A model generated the notes under the pieces. The model did not search any database. It was not told the origin of the DNA and saw only the letters and a program-made list of their open reading frames with translations. A program made the translations under genes and the position numbers. Of a stretch of DNA of 64,000 nucleotides, positions 58,690 through 64,000 are shown one piece after another (positions within the stretch are counted from its first letter, which is position 1; the number at the start of each line of letters is the position of its first letter). The stretch is from Candidatus Aenigmatarchaeota archaeon (GTDB lineage Archaea; Aenigmatarchaeota; Aenigmatarchaeia; CG10238-14; SCSR01): positions 1-64,000 of the forward strand of contig JAWCSL010000001.1 in the NCBI GenBank assembly GCA_039090665.1. The letters are read 5' to 3'.

Positions 58690-59199
58690 TTAGTTTAGTC
58701 CATAAAATGTGTTGATTATTTCATTTCTATAACTTGGGTCAAAAACTTTATTCCCGAGTTTATGGTAAACACCTTCAAATCTTGCCCTTAAATTGCCGTA
58801 AGCATCTTTAGCATACCCGGTTAATTTTTTTGTTAACCAAGAAACATAACCCTCTTCCACATCTTTTGGAAGATTAAATCTTTCTAAGAATTTGTGCACT
58901 AATTCGTGATAAATAAGCGGAATTCTTTCGCTTCTTTCTCTTATTTTGTCTATGTTTAAGTAAATTCTGTTTTTCAATTTATCAAATGCTCCGCCTATTT
59001 CAGCAACAACTTTATATACAATTCCTCTCAAAGGATCAATGATATAGCTTAAAATTTTTGGAAACTTTGTTAGCTTTATTTCAGGCATGTTTGGAGAATA
59101 TTTGAAAATTTTTGAAAGATTCTCGTGAGCTTCATTCAATTCTTTATTCAAATCAAAAGGGCTTGTATCATAAAGCCTTGATAGCAAACTTTCAAACAT
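58690..59199 (-). CDS. zincin-like putative metallopeptidase
   Basis: HELVH...EEG motif. Confidence 0.55.
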   Translation of the reverse strand: MFESLLSRLYDTSPFDLNKELNEAHENLSKIFKYSPNMPEIKLTKFPKILSYIIDPLRGIVYKVVAEIGGAFDKLKNRIYLNIDKIRERSERIPLIYHELVHKFLERFNLPKDVEEGYVSWLTKKLTGYAKDAYGNLRARFEGVYHKLGNKVFDPSYRNEIINTFYGLN

Positions 59200-59246
59200 T
59201 TGATTGAATTTGAGTTTTTTATAGATTTAAGCTTTATTAAATCAAT

Positions 59247-59807
59247 ATGGAGCTTTCAGCTTGTCCTGTTTGCAAAAACCAAAGTTTAGTGTTTTCAAGC
59301 ACAACAACAGAAATCCCTTACTTTGGAAAGATTTTGATTTTAAGTTTAAAATGCGAAAGTTGTGGTTTCAAGCACAACGATGTTTTAAATTTGGAGATAA
59401 AAGATCCTTTGAGCTATAGAATCGAGATTGAAGAAGAGAAAGATTTAACTGCAAAAGTCGTGAGGGCTTCTTCAGGCACAATCATAATTCCTGAGCTTGG
59501 TGTTAAAATCGAGCCAGGATCCCAAGCAGAGGGCTTTATAACCAATGTTGAAGGAGTTTTGGAAAGAATTGAAAGAGTTTTGAAATCACAAATAGAAGTA
59601 CAAAAAGACAAGAAATTGGAAAAAGTGAAAGAACTTTTAGAGAAAATTGGAAAGATGAGAGAAGGAAAAGAAAAGTTCACTTTGATCTTGAAAGACCCTT
59701 TTGGAAATTCAGCAATAATTTCTCCAAAAGCTAAGAAGAGAAAATTGAGCGAAAAAGAGTTGAAAAAACTTAAAACAGGAATGGTAATTCTCGAGTTGAA
59801 AAAATAG
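59247..59807 (+). CDS. ZPR1 zinc-finger protein
   Basis: CPVC, IPYFG, CESCGF, GFITNVEG, DPFGNS. Confidence 0.93.
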   Translation: MELSACPVCKNQSLVFSSTTTEIPYFGKILILSLKCESCGFKHNDVLNLEIKDPLSYRIEIEEEKDLTAKVVRASSGTIIIPELGVKIEPGSQAEGFITNVEGVLERIERVLKSQIEVQKDKKLEKVKELLEKIGKMREGKEKFTLILKDPFGNSAIISPKAKKRKLSEKELKKLKTGMVILELKK

Positions 59808-59838
59808 CCTTTATTTTTTATTTTTATGAATTTAAATT

Positions 59839-60417
59839 ATGTTGAGCTTAGTTCAAGGAGAAAAACTCGTAAGACTTGCAAGGAAAGCTGTTGAAAAGAG
59901 AAAAGTTGAAAAGGAGTTTGATGAAGATCTAAAAGTCAAGAAAGGAGTTTTTGTGACAATAGAAACTTATCCTGATAAAGAGTTGAGAGGATGTATAGGC
60001 TTTCCTTATCCAATTTATCCTTTAGGCGAAGCAGTGCAAAAAGCTGCAATAGCGGCAGCTTTTGAAGACCCCAGATTTTCACCTCTAGAAAAAGAAGAAT
60101 TGAGCAAAATTGTTTTTGAAGTTTCAATTTTAACTGAACCTGAGCTCATTCAAGTTAAAGAACCGAAAGAATATTTCAAAAAGATTGAAGCTGGTAAAGA
60201 TGGTTTGATTTTGAAGAATGGGCCTTTTTCTGGTTTATTCTTGCCACAAGTTTGGAATTACTTCAAGACAAAACAAGAATTTTTGGAAAACCTTTGCTTT
60301 AAAGCTGGACTTACCCCCGATTATATTTATGATAAGAATACAAAAATTTTCAAGTTTAGAGCGCAAATTTTTGCTGAAGAGAAGCCGAATGGAAAAATTG
60401 TTGAAGTTAAGCTTTAG
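59839..60417 (+). CDS. AMMECR1-family protein
   Basis: GVFVT, LRGCIG, DPRF, LFLPQV. Confidence 0.93.
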   Translation: MLSLVQGEKLVRLARKAVEKRKVEKEFDEDLKVKKGVFVTIETYPDKELRGCIGFPYPIYPLGEAVQKAAIAAAFEDPRFSPLEKEELSKIVFEVSILTEPELIQVKEPKEYFKKIEAGKDGLILKNGPFSGLFLPQVWNYFKTKQEFLENLCFKAGLTPDYIYDKNTKIFKFRAQIFAEEKPNGKIVEVKL

Positions 60418-60438
60418 CTTTCTCTTCTTATCATCAAG

Positions 60439-60918
60439 TTTAAACACTTAATTTCAATCTGTATCTTTTTTCTATTTCTTGAAATCCAAAAGATTCTAGC
60501 ATCTTTTTAGAAATTTCATTAAAAGGTGAGATTACTGTTTCTATGATTTCCACTTTGTTTTTCTTTACCCCATGCAATAAATTTGTTTAGCAACTTCTTA
60601 CCAATTCCTCTATTTCTGTAAGATTCTTCCACGTGGATGAGCCAAATAAAGCCATATTTTTTCTGAGCATAAATTGGGGGATATTTTTCAATTTTTCCGT
60701 TTATAAATCCAACTAATTTACCATCACTCTCTGCACATAATACTTCCATCTCTTACTTCTAAAAGTTCTATCTACAAATCGCCTTCCCCATTCTCTTGCT
60801 TTCTCACTCTTTTCATCAAGTCATCAAATTTGTTTTTTAAATAAAAATTGAAGAACTTCCAATTCATCTCTTTTATTTAGTTTAAGTCTTTTTTAGTAGC
60901 TTCTCTTATTTTGAGCAT
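60439..60918 (-). pseudogene. decayed GNAT acetyltransferase
   Basis: MLKIREATKKDLN* nonsense codon plus several frameshifts; motif A YRNRGIGKKLL retained. Confidence 0.8.
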
Positions 60919-60969
60919 AATTTATTTATTTTCCTATAAATTTTTATTAAAAAGGAAGTGGAACAATTT

Positions 60970-62097
60970 TTATTTTTCTTCTTCCACTCCTTTTTCCTTC
61001 AAAACTCTAGCCAAATCATGAATAAGCCTTCTCACATGCTCCCTCATCTCATAAACATCCTTATCAGGAATTTCCGTTATTTTCTTCTCGTCAGCAAGCT
61101 TCTTCATGTTCACGATTTTAGACCACACTTCAGCATAGTAGGGATCTATTAACTTAGAATCAATAAACTCTCTCTTAAAAGCTAAAGCAACTTCTTCCTC
61201 TTTTTCAGGCATTTTATTCAAACTCTTTAATGCAGTTATTGCAGCTTTGTGCATGACTTCATAAGTTCTTTCCAAAATCTTTTCTCTCTTTCTTATCTCC
61301 AAAGCATTTAATAAGCTAAACATTTTGTTGACAAATTTTTCCGCTTTTTCAATCCACTCGTCCACAAACTTTCCTTCAACATCCATAAGTTCTTTGTGCT
61401 CTATTTTCTTCCTTATTTCAATTATTTCTTTCAGCCATTCAGCATATTCCGGTTCAAGAATCCCAGGTTCAACCAAAAACTTTTTCACATCATCATAAGC
61501 TTTACTTGGTACAGGAGGAGCCAAGCCCATGAACATCAAAACAGCTTGAGCTGTGTTGAGCATAGCATAATAACAATCTTCTGCAAGCATTAGCAACTTT
61601 ACAGTTTTTGCTCTCATTAGCTTCTTGGGGGCACCTTCCATATAACTTTCTATTGCTTCTCTTGTTGCAGGTATTTTTCCCATTTCAAGAAGTCTTTTGA
61701 TTGGCAAGAAGAAACCTGTATCATAAATAGCTATACCTTCTTTAATGAAGTTGTATATTATTGGGTGACAAACTCTTGCATAGTCCCAGAATTCAGTTAA
61801 AGTGTAGCTTGGTTGGATCGAAAGCTTGTCAGAAATCTTTTCAGCAATTTTTTCTAAATCCTCATCAATTTTTTCTTGAAGTTCTGTAGTGATTTCATGA
61901 GTTGTGTCGTCCAAAACAACAAAAATATCAATATCACTTTTTGGCTTGAATTCGTCCCTTGCTACAGAGCCCATCATGACTATGCATTTTATGTATTTTC
62001 CATATTTTTCCAAAACCTGCTTTGCAAATTCTTCCACTTCTTTAAGCCTTTGCTCCCTAGTTTCTGGCTTTTCTTCTTTTTTTGCTTCATCTTCCAT
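60970..62097 (-). CDS. MNT nucleotidyltransferase-HEPN fusion (intact Rx4H)
   Basis: GSVAR...SDID; HEPN RKKIEH. Confidence 0.85.
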   Translation of the reverse strand: MEDEAKKEEKPETREQRLKEVEEFAKQVLEKYGKYIKCIVMMGSVARDEFKPKSDIDIFVVLDDTTHEITTELQEKIDEDLEKIAEKISDKLSIQPSYTLTEFWDYARVCHPIIYNFIKEGIAIYDTGFFLPIKRLLEMGKIPATREAIESYMEGAPKKLMRAKTVKLLMLAEDCYYAMLNTAQAVLMFMGLAPPVPSKAYDDVKKFLVEPGILEPEYAEWLKEIIEIRKKIEHKELMDVEGKFVDEWIEKAEKFVNKMFSLLNALEIRKREKILERTYEVMHKAAITALKSLNKMPEKEEEVALAFKREFIDSKLIDPYYAEVWSKIVNMKKLADEKKITEIPDKDVYEMREHVRRLIHDLARVLKEKGVEEEK

Positions 62098-62572
62098 TTT
62101 TCCCACCATTCTTTTTCTCTTCAACAACTTTAGCAATTTCTTTCTTTATATAATAAAGTGATTCAATGGGTAAGTTGGAAACCAGGGAAGAATAAGATGA
62201 GCTTATTTCGATAAAAATGGCATCGGGATCACGAATACCTCTTTTATAAATTTTTTCTATTTCACTCCTTAAATCCAATGGTTTGTAAGAATCTTTTTTT
62301 TTTGGAGTTTGTAAAAACAACTCAACTAACTTACTTGAATTGTTTGAAGTTGGCAAAGCTTCATACTCTGAAATTTTTTCCAAAAAAATTTCTCTAGCTC
62401 TTTTTTCTTCTTCAGCCAGTTTTTCAACAATTTCTTCCAAATTTAAGTTCTTTGCTTTTTCATTTTCCAACTCTTCTCGTAATTTATTATATCGCTTTTT
62501 TGTATCTTCCAAATCTTTTTGAAATTTTTCAGCAGCTTCAACTTTCTTTAAAAATTCTTCTACTAAACTCAT
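62087..62572 (-). CDS. hypothetical coiled-coil protein
   Basis: sits between the two MNT-HEPN genes with tight spacing/overlap. Confidence 0.55.
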   Translation of the reverse strand: MSLVEEFLKKVEAAEKFQKDLEDTKKRYNKLREELENEKAKNLNLEEIVEKLAEEEKRAREIFLEKISEYEALPTSNNSSKLVELFLQTPKKKDSYKPLDLRSEIEKIYKRGIRDPDAIFIEISSSYSSLVSNLPIESLYYIKKEIAKVVEEKKNGGKNGR

Positions 62573-62573
62573 T

Positions 62574-63428
62574 TCACTCAACCTCTGGCAATTCCTCACT
62601 CTTTAATTCTTCTGGAAGCAACTGCTTAAATCTATCTATTATTTCTTTTGTCAACTTGAGAGCCCTCTCAAGATAAGCAGCATCCACTTCTTTCACAATC
62701 TTGTGATCAATATCTTTCCAAAGCTTGTCAAGCTCTTTGAATTTCTCTATGTATTCTTTCTCCAGTTTTTTCTCTTCCACCAGCTTTTCCAAAAATTCTG
62801 GTATTGCCTTTTGGTCTGGTTGGGCTTTGTAGTAGTGCATGACAACAGCTTGAATGATATCAGTGGCAGCATATCTCAGCTCGAAGATCATGCTCTTCAA
62901 GTCAGCTTTTATTTTTCTATACCTCACTTCTCCTGCTTTTGCTTTCAGTTTTATGGTTTCTTCGCTTGGTGGCAGCAATCCCATTTGAAGCATTCTCTGA
63001 ACAGGTTTGATGAAACCAGTATCGTAAATCGGCAAACCATACCTCAAGAAGTTAACAAGCTCAGGCGAGCCAGCCCTAACCCATTGCCAGAATTCCGTCA
63101 ACAAAGTGATTTGAATGTGAAGATCCTTGAGCTCATGAGCTATCAAATAAAGCTGAGAGCTTACTTTGTCCAAATCTTCTGAGCTTTTTGTTGCTGTGTC
63201 GTCAAGTATAACCCAAACATCAGCATCACTACCCTTTTTCATAGTTCCTTTCACAACAGACCCGAAAATTAGCACTGATTTAATCAAATTACCATACTGT
63301 TTCCTAGCTTCATTAGTGAATTTCACAACTTTTTCTATAACTTTTCTTTGTAATTCTGCCTGTTCTTGGTCTTCTTTCTTTGCTAACTCAACATCTTCCA
63401 ATTCATCTTCCAAATTTTTTATGTCCAT
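62574..63428 (-). CDS. MNT nucleotidyltransferase-HEPN fusion (degenerate HEPN, WKDIDH)
   Basis: FGSVVK...SDAD; paralogous to 60970-62097 (LTEFW, IYDTGF). Confidence 0.85.
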   Translation of the reverse strand: MDIKNLEDELEDVELAKKEDQEQAELQRKVIEKVVKFTNEARKQYGNLIKSVLIFGSVVKGTMKKGSDADVWVILDDTATKSSEDLDKVSSQLYLIAHELKDLHIQITLLTEFWQWVRAGSPELVNFLRYGLPIYDTGFIKPVQRMLQMGLLPPSEETIKLKAKAGEVRYRKIKADLKSMIFELRYAATDIIQAVVMHYYKAQPDQKAIPEFLEKLVEEKKLEKEYIEKFKELDKLWKDIDHKIVKEVDAAYLERALKLTKEIIDRFKQLLPEELKSEELPEVE

Positions 63429-63473
63429 ACTTATTTATCTCCTTACTATAATACTTATATTGTAGTATTCTTT

Positions 63474-63998
63474 CTACCTAAACTTTTCTCTTTTCCACTC
63501 TTCTATTTTTCCCTTCTCCACTGCAGCTCTTCCAAGGAAGCCATGTGTTTCTTCTGGAACCATTAACAATCCTCTTAAAGGATCGTAAGCGTGTTCTTTT
63601 ATCACAGTTCTCTGTCTTTCTTCTGATGCTACTTCCTTTACATCTATACCGAAAAATTCAGGGTATTCAATTAGTTTTTCTGGAGGTATATCTTTTTCCA
63701 AAAACTTGATAATCAATTGCAATGAAATCACTGATTGTTGAAAACTTTCTGGTCCACCTCTTTCAAAAATTATGTAACAATCTTTATCTTTACCAAAACC
63801 TTTTTGCCTTAGTTTGTAGTACATTTCATACAAGTATTTTTGTTGGTCTGAACCAACTTCTATTGGTAAGTGGGCTGGGGCTAAAGTTGAAGGCCAACCT
63901 GCGTGTATTACTCTAACATATTTGCCTCCGTCTTCCGGAAGCAATTCTATAACTTTTCCCGGATCTATTCTTAAGCTAAGCATGTGTTCAAAATCCAT
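63474..63998 (-). CDS. hypothetical protein (5' end probably outside window)
   Basis: open frame running to the window edge. Confidence 0.5.
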   Translation of the reverse strand: MDFEHMLSLRIDPGKVIELLPEDGGKYVRVIHAGWPSTLAPAHLPIEVGSDQQKYLYEMYYKLRQKGFGKDKDCYIIFERGGPESFQQSVISLQLIIKFLEKDIPPEKLIEYPEFFGIDVKEVASEERQRTVIKEHAYDPLRGLLMVPEETHGFLGRAAVEKGKIEEWKREKFR

Positions 63999-64000
63999 AG

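Overview
AT-rich archaeal chromosome segment. The gene set, the unlinked rRNAs and the divergent rRNA sequences suggest a DPANN lineage, possibly Aenigmarchaeota-like (inference); the GC-rich rRNA suggests a thermophile. Contents: (i) the rpl18e-rpl13...rps9...rpoN-rpoK superoperon, split by an ~18 kb glycolysis and glycogen/alpha-glucan block; (ii) a divergent pair of a degenerate PolB-like gene and a PD-(D/E)XK nuclease; (iii) housekeeping genes (argS, glmS, dys, two adenylate kinases, thiI, hppA, eIF5A, histone, nob1, tfb, ZPR1, AMMECR1, two MNT-HEPN fusions, two free-standing LAGLIDADG-HTH genes); (iv) three tRNAs and separately promoted 16S and 23S rRNA genes. Main discovery: the 16S (3) and 23S (5) genes carry eight ORF-less 50-106 nt bulge-helix-bulge introns at ribosomal functional centres. 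Most contain box C/D (or H/ACA-like) motifs with antisense elements complementary to this organism's own 16S/23S rRNA, in cis and in trans. The tRNA-Met intron likewise carries a guide pointing exactly at its own C34, and two more C/D sRNAs lie in the 23S leader. This looks like an intron-hosted, snoRNA-like rRNA modification guide system. E. coli-equivalent positions were assigned by eye from conserved motifs.
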